Position numbers and translations under genes: made by a program | The notes under the pieces: generated by a model | Databases searched by the model: none | What the model saw: only the letters and a program-made list of their open reading frames with translations | What the model was told of the DNA's origin: nothing | DNA from: a virus | Virus record (IMG/VR): IMGVR_UViG_3300015371_000003 | Location: 52,230 to 116,229 of that record | DNA length: 64,000 nt | Strand: one strand, 5' to 3' | In this document: in pieces, positions 54,234-63,265 of the stretch | How positions within the stretch are numbered: the first letter of the stretch is position 1 | Layout of the letters: every line of letters starts with the position of its first letter

Positions 54234-54450
54234 TGTGTTGTGTGGGTGGACCATCTACGTTCACCCACTCGACTTTCCCAAGCATTATGTGGTCCGGATG
54301 TGGGTGGCCCATGAGGGGCGTCCTGTCTTTCGGATGGTCGGCGTGCTGTGCGATACGCTGGCCGAAGCCCGTGCTCAGGTGCCCACTGGCACGTATCGGT
54401 TTCCTCGTGATGAGTCTGATGACGCGGTGATCGTGGAGACGTGGATTTGA
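54211..54450 (+). CDS. Hypothetical protein
   Basis: WTIY.HP.DFP..YVVR...TL.EAR..VP..R...DD.VIVETW. Confidence 0.7.
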   Translation: MASEQSVDVLCGWTIYVHPLDFPKHYVVRMWVAHEGRPVFRMVGVLCDTLAEARAQVPTGTYRFPRDESDDAVIVETWI

Positions 54451-54659
54451 GTTTGTTTTCCTTGCAGGAACTGCGGTGCTGCATCTGCGGGGCGCAGTAC
54501 GAAACGACCGTCACTTCCGGTACTCGGTGGAGCAATGGCGTCTGTTCGATGCGCTGCCACTACGAAAAGGAGTGGCGGGGTTTTCTCTCCACGATGGGGA
54601 AACCGTATCGGCCTGACGAGCGGCAGTATGATGAGTCCGGGTATCCAGTCAAATCATGA
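54441..54659 (+). CDS. Small Zn-finger protein
   Basis: CCICG...CSMRC. Confidence 0.6.
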   Translation: MDLSLFSLQELRCCICGAQYETTVTSGTRWSNGVCSMRCHYEKEWRGFLSTMGKPYRPDERQYDESGYPVKS

Positions 54660-55606
54660 CGGCTGAACAGGTGGTTTCGTTTCTCGAAGCCCTGCACGCG
54701 AAGCAAATTCATATCAAGGGGAACGGGTGGGTGGAGGCGAGTTGCCCCCTTGCCCGCTGGACCCATTCCCATCACAAAGATTCGAAACCGAGTTTCGGGA
54801 TCAGCGTGGTGCCGGGGGGCAAAAGCTACTTTCTCTGTTTCTCGTGCCGACAAGGGAGTGTCGAGGAACTGTTACAGACCATTGAATGGTATACCAAGGG
54901 GAATGGGCCGGAGGACTTCGCTAGGTGCCGTCAGATCCTAGCGGATGAACCGCAGATTGTCACGCTCCCTCCCTATCAGGAATTCGCGGCGTCGAAGACG
55001 GTCTTTATCGAGTGGCCGCAATATTGGGTAGAAAGTTTCAAACGGGCGGATTGGGTGCTGGACGCCATGACCTACCTGACTTCCCGCGAAGTCAGTCCGC
55101 AGACCATCGAAACGTTTGACTTGCGATGGGATCCGAAACGCTGCATGATTGTCGCGCCCTACCGGGATGTGTATGGGCGGCTGGCAGGCGCACGGGGACG
55201 CACCATCCTTCCCACCGTGGGGAACAAGCACTACGATTACACGTTCCAAGCGGTCAACAATGCCCGGTTGGTGTGGTACAACGAAGCAGTGCTCAACCTC
55301 CCCGGCCCAGTGGTCGTAGTCGAAGGGCAGTTTGACTGTTTCCGCACGGTGCAAGCCTTTCCCAAGACGGTGGCGGCTCTCACGGCCAAACCAACATGGG
55401 ACAAGATGAAAAAGCTCGGGGAGTGTGGGACGGTCATTCAGATTCCTGACCGGGATGAAGCGGGGCATCAGAGTGTGCATCGCTATGCCGCCCTCTGCCA
55501 TCAATTTAACTTGAAGCATCGGGTGGTTTGGTTAGACGAGGGAGTCAAGGATCCGGCACAGTGCCACGTGGACTACCTGCGGGATCGCATTCAGGAGATG
55601 GTGTGA
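54656..55606 (+). CDS. DNA primase (Zn-binding + Toprim)
   Basis: CPLA..TH..D..PSF...CFSC; VVEGQFD; DRD.AG; KDP. Confidence 0.9.
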   Translation: MTAEQVVSFLEALHAKQIHIKGNGWVEASCPLARWTHSHHKDSKPSFGISVVPGGKSYFLCFSCRQGSVEELLQTIEWYTKGNGPEDFARCRQILADEPQIVTLPPYQEFAASKTVFIEWPQYWVESFKRADWVLDAMTYLTSREVSPQTIETFDLRWDPKRCMIVAPYRDVYGRLAGARGRTILPTVGNKHYDYTFQAVNNARLVWYNEAVLNLPGPVVVVEGQFDCFRTVQAFPKTVAALTAKPTWDKMKKLGECGTVIQIPDRDEAGHQSVHRYAALCHQFNLKHRVVWLDEGVKDPAQCHVDYLRDRIQEMV

Positions 55607-55893
55607 TGGTGCTCCATTACAACGGTTTGAAGCCGCGCTCCAAAAAAACGCCCGCTGGTGTTAGTCCGTGGACAGCGGAGAAAGCGGCGGAGATAGACCA
55701 GAGCGGCAAGGGTGGCTACATTTTCCTGCTGACGGATGCGGCAGGCGCACGGTTGTTGGCGTCAGGTGTGCTGCCGGAGTATATTCGGGAGCAAGCGGAG
55801 CGGGCGATTGATTGGATGGCCCTTGATGAGCGACGAGAAGGCTTAGAAGAAGTGTTGCAATCAATTGCCGGAGAGGAGGGGCTTGACAAATAG
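55606..55893 (+). CDS. Hypothetical protein
   Basis: TGATG coupling with the primase stop. Confidence 0.55.
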   Translation: MVLHYNGLKPRSKKTPAGVSPWTAEKAAEIDQSGKGGYIFLLTDAAGARLLASGVLPEYIREQAERAIDWMALDERREGLEEVLQSIAGEEGLDK

Positions 55894-55911
55894 GTAGGAG
55901 TTTGGTAGACT
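55883..55911 (+). promoter_or_regulatory. Sigma70-type promoter for SSB
   Basis: TTGACA-17 nt-TAGACT with TGn; TGCA box 13 bp upstream. Confidence 0.65.
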
Positions 55912-55972
55912 GAGCCGTGGTCATTGTAGGACCACAATGGAGGCCAATCGTATGGCCGAAGGAGCCAATCAA

Positions 55973-56743
55973 ATGGCATTTACGTTCTTGAAGAAGGGGG
56001 CCGAAAGCGCGAAACTCGCGCAACGTGCCGCCGCAGAAGCGGAACAGCGTCAGGGTAACAAGGCGTTCCGTTTCTGGATGAAAGAGAAAGAGGAAGCCCG
56101 GATTACCTTCATCGACGGGGATCTTCAGGAGGATGGCCCACACGCGGGACACCTCGATCAGTACCGGTATTACGAACACAACCTGTTTCTGAACGGACAG
56201 TGGAACAACTTTTTCGTCTGTCCGGAGCGGACCAACCCGGACTCCGGGGAGAAGTGCCCCATCTGTGAGAGCGGCGACAAACCGGCGTTCGTGGCTCTGT
56301 TCACGGTCATTGACCACCGGCAGTTCACGTCCTCCAAGGACAAGACCAAGGTCTACAAGGACACCAAGAAACTGCTGGTCGCCAAGCCCCAGACGTACGA
56401 ACTGCTGACCAAGCACGCCATCAAGCGGGGCGGGTTGACGGGCTGCACCTTCGACGCTTCACGGATCGGAGACAAGTCGGCGTCGGTCGGCTCCATGTTC
56501 GATTTTGTGGAGAAGAAGTCTGTCGAAGACTGGAAGAAGCTGTACCAGATCGAACGGACGGATCCGAAGACCAATCAAAAGTCCAAGGTGAGCAACTTCA
56601 CGCCGCTGGAGTACGAGAAGGAAATTAGCTATCGAACCGCCGACGAACTGCGTAAGGAGGTGGCGGCGGATGCGGATGTCCCTTTTAAGGCACCCGGTGG
56701 GACCGGGGCAGCAGGTTCGCCGGATTACAGCGACGAGTTGTGA
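55973..56743 (+). CDS. Single-stranded DNA-binding protein (gp32-like)
   Basis: RFW.K, EH, C......CPICE, acidic tail DYSDEL; alternative start 55952. Confidence 0.8.
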   Translation: MAFTFLKKGAESAKLAQRAAAEAEQRQGNKAFRFWMKEKEEARITFIDGDLQEDGPHAGHLDQYRYYEHNLFLNGQWNNFFVCPERTNPDSGEKCPICESGDKPAFVALFTVIDHRQFTSSKDKTKVYKDTKKLLVAKPQTYELLTKHAIKRGGLTGCTFDASRIGDKSASVGSMFDFVEKKSVEDWKKLYQIERTDPKTNQKSKVSNFTPLEYEKEISYRTADELRKEVAADADVPFKAPGGTGAAGSPDYSDEL

Positions 56744-56746
56744 AAT

Positions 56747-56811
56747 CGTGGTGAGGCAAGCCGAGGCATGGCGCGGTTAGGCAAGGTTCGGTGCGGTGAG
56801 GCATGGTAAGG
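56747..56811 (+). repeat. Tandem pentamer array (YNNGG)x13
   Basis: cgtgg tgagg caagc cgagg catgg cgcgg ttagg caagg ttcgg tgcgg tgagg catgg taagg. Confidence 0.85.
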
Positions 56812-56935
56812 GTATAATCGCGGTGGGGGTTCATGCTGGAAGTTCTGAGAGCCGTGTTTCAGCCCCTGAGACACGAATGGAGCGACTTCTCGTGTGGATC
56901 CCCACTACGAACCGATGGAGCGGACGATGGGATTT

Positions 56936-58246
56936 ATGACGACGGAATTGCCGTTGCGAACAGGTGCGATGTCGGTCTACCCCTATTCGAAGGGGTTGGA
57001 GTCGTTGTACACCTTCAAGACGGCGTTCGAAGACGAGGTGTGCGGAGCCGTGCGGCAGGGCAATACACTACTGGTGCCACGTGAGAGCGTGCCGTACGCT
57101 CCATCTGGGTGTGACTTCCGCGTCAGCAAAGTGGCGCAGCCGCTGAAGGTTGAATTCCTCCCCCGGAGTCAGGAACAAGCGGACCTGACCATGAAGTCAC
57201 TGGCGCTTCTGGATCAAGGGCAAAGTCATATCTTCGAAGCCCCCACGGGGTGGGGCAAGACGGTAGTCGGCAGTGTCATTGCGGCTCAGTTTGGACAACC
57301 GACGTTGATCGTCGTGACCAAGGAAGATTTGCTGGATCAATGGCGTAAGTCCTTACTGATGTTGGGGATACCGCCGAATCTGATCGGCCACATTCAGGCG
57401 GATGTCGCGGACTGGCAGGGGAAGCAGTTTGTCTTGGGGATGGTGCAGAGCCTGATCATTCCGGACAAGTATCCCTACGACCTGTACCGCTACTTTGGGC
57501 TGATGATTCTGGATGAAGTGCATCAGATGGCGGCGGACTGTTTCGTGCGGTCCTGCCAACTGTTCTCCGCGCAGTATCGGTTGGGGTTCAGTGCCACCCC
57601 TCAGCGCCGGGATGGGAAAACGAAGCTGTTGCACTGGCACATCGGCCCCGTCATGGTCCGGGGCACGATCCTTGAAGCCAAACCCAAGGTGTTGGTGCGG
57701 CAGACCGGTTGGCGGATTCCGGAACGCAATGGTGCGCCCATCTACTACAAGCCGGGGCGTATGACGTTGGTGACAAAGGCAATGGCGGCGTCGGATGTCC
57801 GGAACATGGAAATCGTGAACTGCGTGATTCAGTCCTATCGGGCTGGACGCATTACGCTGGTCATGTCCGAACTGCGGGAGAGCCATCTGGATCGGTTGTT
57901 TCAGATGTTGACGGGAGAGGGTATTCCCGGTGAGGATATCGGCTATTACGTGGGTGGGATGACCAAACACGAACTGGCCTGCACGAAGAAACGCAAGATT
58001 GTGTTGGGCACCTACAAGATGTGTTCGACGGGCACGGATGTGCCACATTGGGACACGCTGGTGCTCGCCACGCCACGAGCGGACGTGAAGCAGGCCATCG
58101 GGCGCGTCCTGCGAGCGGTGGACGGGAAGAAGCAACCGGTCATTTTTGATTTGGTGGACCGTGACGCCATTTTTCAAAACTTTCATTTATCACGGCTGAA
58201 GACGTATTATCAAGTACGGTCAGAGGTAGTGAAGATTCGAGCCTAA
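56936..58246 (+). CDS. SF2 DEAD/DEAH-like helicase (start uncertain)
   Basis: APTGWGKT, DEVH, SATP.R.DG, TG.D.P, QAIGRVLR. Confidence 0.92.
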   Translation: MTTELPLRTGAMSVYPYSKGLESLYTFKTAFEDEVCGAVRQGNTLLVPRESVPYAPSGCDFRVSKVAQPLKVEFLPRSQEQADLTMKSLALLDQGQSHIFEAPTGWGKTVVGSVIAAQFGQPTLIVVTKEDLLDQWRKSLLMLGIPPNLIGHIQADVADWQGKQFVLGMVQSLIIPDKYPYDLYRYFGLMILDEVHQMAADCFVRSCQLFSAQYRLGFSATPQRRDGKTKLLHWHIGPVMVRGTILEAKPKVLVRQTGWRIPERNGAPIYYKPGRMTLVTKAMAASDVRNMEIVNCVIQSYRAGRITLVMSELRESHLDRLFQMLTGEGIPGEDIGYYVGGMTKHELACTKKRKIVLGTYKMCSTGTDVPHWDTLVLATPRADVKQAIGRVLRAVDGKKQPVIFDLVDRDAIFQNFHLSRLKTYYQVRSEVVKIRA

Positions 58247-58255
58247 GGGGGAGTC

Positions 58256-58711
58256 ATGTTGATTTGGAAAGCAACGGAGGTGCAGCCAACGAGCGTGCCG
58301 GTGAAGAAAGCCGGTTTCGATTGGGATGCGTGGTACGAGAAGAACAAGCAGCGGCTGTCCGAGAAGCGGGCGAAGCGGTACCGGGAGGATTCTGCGTATC
58401 GAGCCGCCGCGTTGGAGCGGAGTCGGCATCAGCGGGCGGGCAAAAAGCCCCACGTCGTGGCTTCGACGGATGTCTCGTTCTCGCAGGCCGCAGTAGCCAT
58501 CGGGGTGTCGATCTGGACGTTGCGGGAGTGGCGGCGGAAGAATTACTTTCCGGAACCACTGCGTCGAAACGGCCAGTTGTGGTTTTCGCCGGAACAGGTG
58601 GAGCGGTTGCGGATGCTTCAGCACTTTTTCGAGGTGCATGGCGTTCGCACGACCAAGCAGACCAAACCGGATCTGGAGTCGTTGGTCAGTTTGACCTACG
58701 CCAATTGGTAA
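58256..58711 (+). CDS. MerR-like HTH DNA-binding protein
   Basis: SQAA.AIGVS..TLREW......PEP. Confidence 0.75.
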   Translation: MLIWKATEVQPTSVPVKKAGFDWDAWYEKNKQRLSEKRAKRYREDSAYRAAALERSRHQRAGKKPHVVASTDVSFSQAAVAIGVSIWTLREWRRKNYFPEPLRRNGQLWFSPEQVERLRMLQHFFEVHGVRTTKQTKPDLESLVSLTYANW

Positions 58712-58739
58712 ATTCGTTTCGGTCCAAGGGAGTGGCACT

Positions 58740-59087
58740 GTGGCGTTGAAGATGAAAGAACACAAGAATCTTGGTGTGGATTACCAGCAACATCTCCACA
58801 CCAAGCCGATGACGGGCATTACCTCCACCTCAAAGAATGTCGGGGGCAAAGAGGTGGCAGCGTCTGCCTCCGCCACCCAAACGCTCCATCCGGGGGTGTT
58901 CACGAGCGGGATGAGCGTGACGGTGGAAGGCGGACGGGTGATCAATCTCGGGAATTACGAGACGGCCCGGATCGGGGTGTCGATTACGGTGCCCTGCACC
59001 CCGGAGACGCTGGCGGAGGCGTATGGCTTTGCCACGGATTGGGTGTCCAGCAAGATCGATGAAGCGGTGGCGTCAGCCAAGGAGTGA
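58740..59087 (+). CDS. Conserved phage hypothetical protein
   Basis: INLGNYE.ARI.V...PC. Confidence 0.75.
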   Translation: MALKMKEHKNLGVDYQQHLHTKPMTGITSTSKNVGGKEVAASASATQTLHPGVFTSGMSVTVEGGRVINLGNYETARIGVSITVPCTPETLAEAYGFATDWVSSKIDEAVASAKE

Positions 59088-59270
59088 ATGATGCCGAATA
59101 CGACCAAGACCCCGGCCCCGCTGTTGTATGACTTGATTCGAGAGGAATTCGAAAAGGAAATCAGTCAGAAAACGGGGTGGGGCAAAAATGAAATCATGGT
59201 GGCTTTCGACAAGGCGTGCTCTCGGGCGCTCTACCGATTAGCGGCGGCAAGAGGCATCAGTCTCGATTAA
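59088..59270 (+). CDS. Hypothetical protein
   Basis: AAGGAG RBS; KTGWGKNE motif. Confidence 0.6.
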   Translation: MMPNTTKTPAPLLYDLIREEFEKEISQKTGWGKNEIMVAFDKACSRALYRLAAARGISLD

Positions 59271-59275
59271 ATCGC

Positions 59276-59304
59276 TTGACACCCCCTTCGAAGTCTGTCA
59301 GTCT
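59276..59304 (+). promoter_or_regulatory. Putative promoter for recA
   Basis: TTGACA-17 nt-CAGTCT with TGn; weak -10. Confidence 0.4.
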
Positions 59305-59325
59305 GCCGTTCGCAAGGAGTGCTCC

Positions 59326-60525
59326 GTGGCGCTTGTGTTGAAAAAGCCGCTTCCCTCACCTCCGTCTGTGGTTGAAGAAGTGACGCACTCGGCCCCCGCG
59401 AAGAAAAAGGCGGAGCGGCTGGTGTCGGGGACGTTAGAGGAAGTACTGGCCGGGATTCGCAAGGACAAGGGCGATAAGGTCATTGTCAGTGGGAACAAGA
59501 TTCCGGTGGTCCGTCGTTTGCCCACGGGCATTTTCGAATTCGACTTCTATACCGGCGGCGGATTCCCCTGCGGACGCTATAGCATCGTGTACGGCCCCGA
59601 GTCGAGCAACAAGAGCAACGTGTGCCTCCGGGCGGTCGCCACGGCGCAGAAGCTGCCTCCGCCCTGCAACAAGGCCATCTGGGTGAACATCGAACAGAGT
59701 TTCGATCCCGTGTGGGCGGAGAAGATGGGCGTCGATACGACTGAACTGCTGGTCGTGCAGGCGGGGTACGGGGAAGAAGCCATCGATCTGGTGGATGCGC
59801 TGGTGCGGGCCGAAGACGTGGCGATTGTCGTGGTCGATTCGATGGCGGGCTTGATTGCCTCCAAGGAAATTGCCCAGAGCGTCGAGAACTATGATATTGG
59901 TTCTTCTGCTCTGCTCATCAAACGCATGGTCAACAAGCTGATGATTGCCTTCTGTGAAGAACAGAAGCGGGATCACGATCCGTGTATTGTCCTGATCAAC
60001 CAGACGCGCTATAAACCGGGCGTGCTGTTTGGGGATCCGGAGACGATGCCCGGTGGGGAGGCGCAGAAATTCCTCTCCAGCCTCCGAGTCCGTCTCAGTG
60101 CCAAGAACGTCATCGATAAGGCCACCAACACGCTGGTGTTCAAAGACACCCACGTGGTGGTGAAGAAGTCCAAGGTGCCGGTGCTCGCCACGAGTTTCGA
60201 TTTTCAGATGTGCGTCCACCCCGTGGATGATTTGAAGGTCGGGGAAACCGATAGCTTCACGATGGTGAAAGGGCATCTGGCCGCAATGGGCGCGTTGGAG
60301 AAGCACAAAGACGGGTGGGCATTGAACGTGGAGGGCACTACGAAAGTGTTTCCGACGCTTAGCGCGATTGCGGATAAATATGCGAAGCAGTCTGTGTTTC
60401 GCAGTGCCCTGCAAGCGATGGTGATTGCGGCCCATCGGGACAAGCTGATGCTGGTGGAAGAAGAAACGTTTGAGCCAAACGATGTCCCTCCGGGCCAAGC
60501 GGTGAAGATCGAAAATGGCAAGTAA
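59326..60525 (+). CDS. recA: RecA/UvsX-like recombinase
   Basis: PTG...D...GGG.P.GR, YGPESSNKS, VVVDS, INQ.R, FGDPET.PGG. Confidence 0.92.
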   Translation: MALVLKKPLPSPPSVVEEVTHSAPAKKKAERLVSGTLEEVLAGIRKDKGDKVIVSGNKIPVVRRLPTGIFEFDFYTGGGFPCGRYSIVYGPESSNKSNVCLRAVATAQKLPPPCNKAIWVNIEQSFDPVWAEKMGVDTTELLVVQAGYGEEAIDLVDALVRAEDVAIVVVDSMAGLIASKEIAQSVENYDIGSSALLIKRMVNKLMIAFCEEQKRDHDPCIVLINQTRYKPGVLFGDPETMPGGEAQKFLSSLRVRLSAKNVIDKATNTLVFKDTHVVVKKSKVPVLATSFDFQMCVHPVDDLKVGETDSFTMVKGHLAAMGALEKHKDGWALNVEGTTKVFPTLSAIADKYAKQSVFRSALQAMVIAAHRDKLMLVEEETFEPNDVPPGQAVKIENGK

Positions 60526-60880
60526 CCCCTATCTGGATCGACTCGCCAACGAAGGCAAGAACGCCCACGGTAAACGGTCGGAGAAGCGGATGGCGAAGAA
60601 ACTCGGCGCGAAGCAACATCCGAATTCAGGAGCCATGCGCGGGGCCAAGTCCGATGCGAGTCTCAAAACATTTCGCATGGAGATGAAAAGCACCAAGACG
60701 GACATCATGCCCCTCGAAATGTCGTGGCTGGTGAAGATCGCGCATGAAGCCTTGGCGCATGGACAGACCCCGGTGGTGACGCTTTCGTTTGTGGATCCCG
60801 GCGGCAGACCTCGATTGCAACGATATGCGGAGTGGGTGTTGATGCCGCTGGTGACGTTTCAGGAGCTAACGCAGGAATGA
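60515..60880 (+). CDS. PD-(D/E)XK nuclease, Hjc-like resolvase
   Basis: G..SE...A, PNSGA, SD, E.KST. Confidence 0.75.
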   Translation: MASNPYLDRLANEGKNAHGKRSEKRMAKKLGAKQHPNSGAMRGAKSDASLKTFRMEMKSTKTDIMPLEMSWLVKIAHEALAHGQTPVVTLSFVDPGGRPRLQRYAEWVLMPLVTFQELTQE

Positions 60881-61767
60881 CGGTGCCGTGGCTGAAGAAG
60901 GCGCTGACCCCCATCAGACCGAAGCATTCGGTGATCGGGGTGCTCCGGCAGCAATTGGGTGGTCCTCGCGTCGGACGGTCCATGAAGATAGTCCATGCGT
61001 CAGACGTGACCAAGATTGATTTCTGCCCCCGGAAATGGGCGTTCTTCGATTTGTTCGACAAGACAGCCGCCACCGATACGATATCGACGGCGCTTGACGT
61101 GACGTTTCAAATGGGGAACGTTGCGGAAACCTTGTTAGTCGAGGAATGGGCCGGGGATGCGGCCATTGGCAATTGGCGGTGCCGGTACTGCGATGAGCAG
61201 CGGAGCATGGTGCCCAATCCCGGTGGGTGGTGCAAGTCCGGGCGGAAGCACTGGTGGCAATACATCCATGTGATCGTGGAAGCCGCCGACTACGGGATTC
61301 AGGGGGAGATTGATGCGCTGTTCAATCTGGGCGCTCCGCAACTGGTGGTGACGGAGGTCAAGATCCTGAATCCGGCGGAATTCGACACGATTCTCGTGCC
61401 GTTGCCGGAGCATCGGTTGCGAACCAACCTCTACCTGTGGATTCTGGAGCACTCGAAACACCCCCACCGCGAAAAAATCAATGCTTCTGAAGCCAGAGTG
61501 TTGTATATTAGTCGTGGCTATGGAAAGCTCAATGCGGAGTGGCAGGAAATTCTGCCGTTTAAGGAATTCACCGTCAAGCGCAATGATGCTGATCTGACCG
61601 AGTTTCTGAAGCGGGCAGCGGCGTTGCAAGTGTTTCGGCAGCAGGGATTGATGCCCCACGGGATTTGCACGACGGCGTTGGACAAGATTGCCAAGAATTG
61701 CAGCGTCTCCAAGCCATGTTTCTCCGGGCAGTATCCATCGGGCAAGTATCCGCCACCTCCGGAGTGA
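60877..61767 (+). CDS. Cas4-like PD-(D/E)XK exonuclease
   Basis: HAS...CPR, GEID, EVK, terminal C...C...C. Confidence 0.8.
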   Translation: MTVPWLKKALTPIRPKHSVIGVLRQQLGGPRVGRSMKIVHASDVTKIDFCPRKWAFFDLFDKTAATDTISTALDVTFQMGNVAETLLVEEWAGDAAIGNWRCRYCDEQRSMVPNPGGWCKSGRKHWWQYIHVIVEAADYGIQGEIDALFNLGAPQLVVTEVKILNPAEFDTILVPLPEHRLRTNLYLWILEHSKHPHREKINASEARVLYISRGYGKLNAEWQEILPFKEFTVKRNDADLTEFLKRAAALQVFRQQGLMPHGICTTALDKIAKNCSVSKPCFSGQYPSGKYPPPPE

Positions 61768-61991
61768 CATTGACGTGTCCGTGGTGGTCACGATGGCAGC
61801 ATCGTCGCCTCCGTACGATGGACGTGGAGGTGATGTGGCGTTCCTTGCGGGAGCGGGCGGAAACTATCGAAGAAGCCCGAGTCGCATGGGAGGTGTTTCT
61901 GTTGCAGGATGGGCAGGAGCATTGGCATTGTGCCTGCGGGAGTCCGATAGTCGAACTGTTTCGCACGGTGACTATCGTGGTGAGCGAATGA
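61764..61991 (+). CDS. Hypothetical protein
   Basis: GTGA and ATGA overlaps with both neighbours. Confidence 0.5.
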   Translation: MTLTCPWWSRWQHRRLRTMDVEVMWRSLRERAETIEEARVAWEVFLLQDGQEHWHCACGSPIVELFRTVTIVVSE

Positions 61992-62494
61992 GGACCGTGG
62001 GCCTAGACATTGCGACGTGTACGGGCATGGCAGTGGTGGGCGATGGGGAGGACCGGGGAAAAACGGTGCATCTCCCTCAGGAACAAGGGTTTCTGCGCCT
62101 GCAATTGATTGCCGAGAGCGTGGCCGAGACGTTGGCGGTGTGGCAACCAGCATTCGCGGCAGTGGAAGCCTACGCTTATGTGAAGAACGTGGATGCCTTC
62201 GTACGACTGGTTGAGGTAGGCACGGTGATTCGCGGAGTGCTCTACAAACAAGGGATTTCGTGGGTGGAAGTGCCCCCGACCGTCTTAAAGAAGTGGACAA
62301 CCGGCGTCGGAAATGCTAAAAAAGATCACATGGCGTTTTCGGTGAGGCAACGCTGGCAGTTTTCAAGCCTGTCGCATGACATCATCGATGCCTATGCGCT
62401 CGCACAGATGGCGCAACTCGGGTGGGAGCAGATTCAAGAGATTCGTGGTGTTTCAGTGGGGTATCAAACCCAAGGGAGTGGACAAAGGAGTTAG
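61988..62494 (+). CDS. ruvC: RuvC-like Holliday junction resolvase
   Basis: VGLD...TG, AVE.Y, PT.LKK.TTG.GNAKK, D..DAYALA. Confidence 0.88.
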   Translation: MRTVGLDIATCTGMAVVGDGEDRGKTVHLPQEQGFLRLQLIAESVAETLAVWQPAFAAVEAYAYVKNVDAFVRLVEVGTVIRGVLYKQGISWVEVPPTVLKKWTTGVGNAKKDHMAFSVRQRWQFSSLSHDIIDAYALAQMAQLGWEQIQEIRGVSVGYQTQGSGQRS

Positions 62495-62496
62495 TT

Positions 62497-63243
62497 ATGC
62501 AGATTGGAACGTTTCGACGGAATGTGATGAAGACGATGACCAACAAGGCCACGAAGCTAGCCCTGCGAACCGTGTCGAAGAACACGGCGCGGGTACAGGT
62601 GGCAGCGGCGACGGTGGCGTTCAAGCGGCACACGGGGCAGTTGCTTCAGGTGCTGGCTCCGTATCTTCTGGGTCTGCCCATCACGCAGGAGCAGAAGGAG
62701 GCGTCGGTCAAGACGCTCGGGGACATCGGGTTTGATCTGGCAGCGTTGGCGCGGGTGCTCAAGGTGAAGCTCCCGGCGGCGACCAAGAAGGTCAAGCTGG
62801 TGGGGACTCGTGGCGCGGCTATCCTTCAGTTGGACAGTCTGGCGACCGACATGCTGTCTCAGGTGGAGCAGGGGTTGTTCATCAGCCCGAAGATGACCAC
62901 GGCGACCAAAATGGTGCCCATGCCGCAGAAGGGTGGGGCCAAGGAGGAGCGTCAGGTCGAGGTCGTGGATTCGGCGGCGGATTTCGCGGTGGAGCAGGAG
63001 CGTCAGACGGCTCTGCGGTCCTTTGCAGCGGGAGCCATCGATGTGTACTGGCGGCTGTGTCTGGATCTGACGGGTCAACCGCCGCAGTCGGTGCTGGATG
63101 CCAAGGCCGGTCGGATGCCCACTGAGTATCCCGGCGTGGCGTTCAACTTCTCCGAGGAGAAGAAGGCTCCGCCGAAGGCGGGCTTCAAGAAGGGTCAGAA
63201 GCCGAAGGCCAAGGCACCGGCAGCGGAGCCGGTTTCGGCCTAA
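62497..63243 (+). CDS. Hypothetical protein
   Basis: AAGGAG RBS; strong codon bias; Lys/Ala tail. Confidence 0.75.
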   Translation: MQIGTFRRNVMKTMTNKATKLALRTVSKNTARVQVAAATVAFKRHTGQLLQVLAPYLLGLPITQEQKEASVKTLGDIGFDLAALARVLKVKLPAATKKVKLVGTRGAAILQLDSLATDMLSQVEQGLFISPKMTTATKMVPMPQKGGAKEERQVEVVDSAADFAVEQERQTALRSFAAGAIDVYWRLCLDLTGQPPQSVLDAKAGRMPTEYPGVAFNFSEEKKAPPKAGFKKGQKPKAKAPAAEPVSA

Positions 63244-63265
63244 TTTCCTGAGGAAAACACAACAT

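Larger units (their letters stand above)
1557..62113. repeat. Dispersed 14-bp palindromic box TGCA-N6-TGC[A/C], ~20 copies
   Basis: Starts at 1557, 3994, 5283, 8246, 10391, 12971, 13980, 20010, 23443, 27740, 29907, 33123, 34165, 39743, 44506, 45404, 48606, 50039, 55856, 62100; spacer consensus approx. MTYRAK. Confidence 0.85.

Noticed and set aside
60816-60829. TGCA-ACGATA-TGCG as another palindromic box
   Set aside because: The spacer does not fit the consensus; likely chance.
60877-61767. Cas4-like gene as part of a CRISPR-Cas system
   Set aside because: No other cas genes or array; stand-alone Cas4-like exonucleases are common in phage recombination modules.
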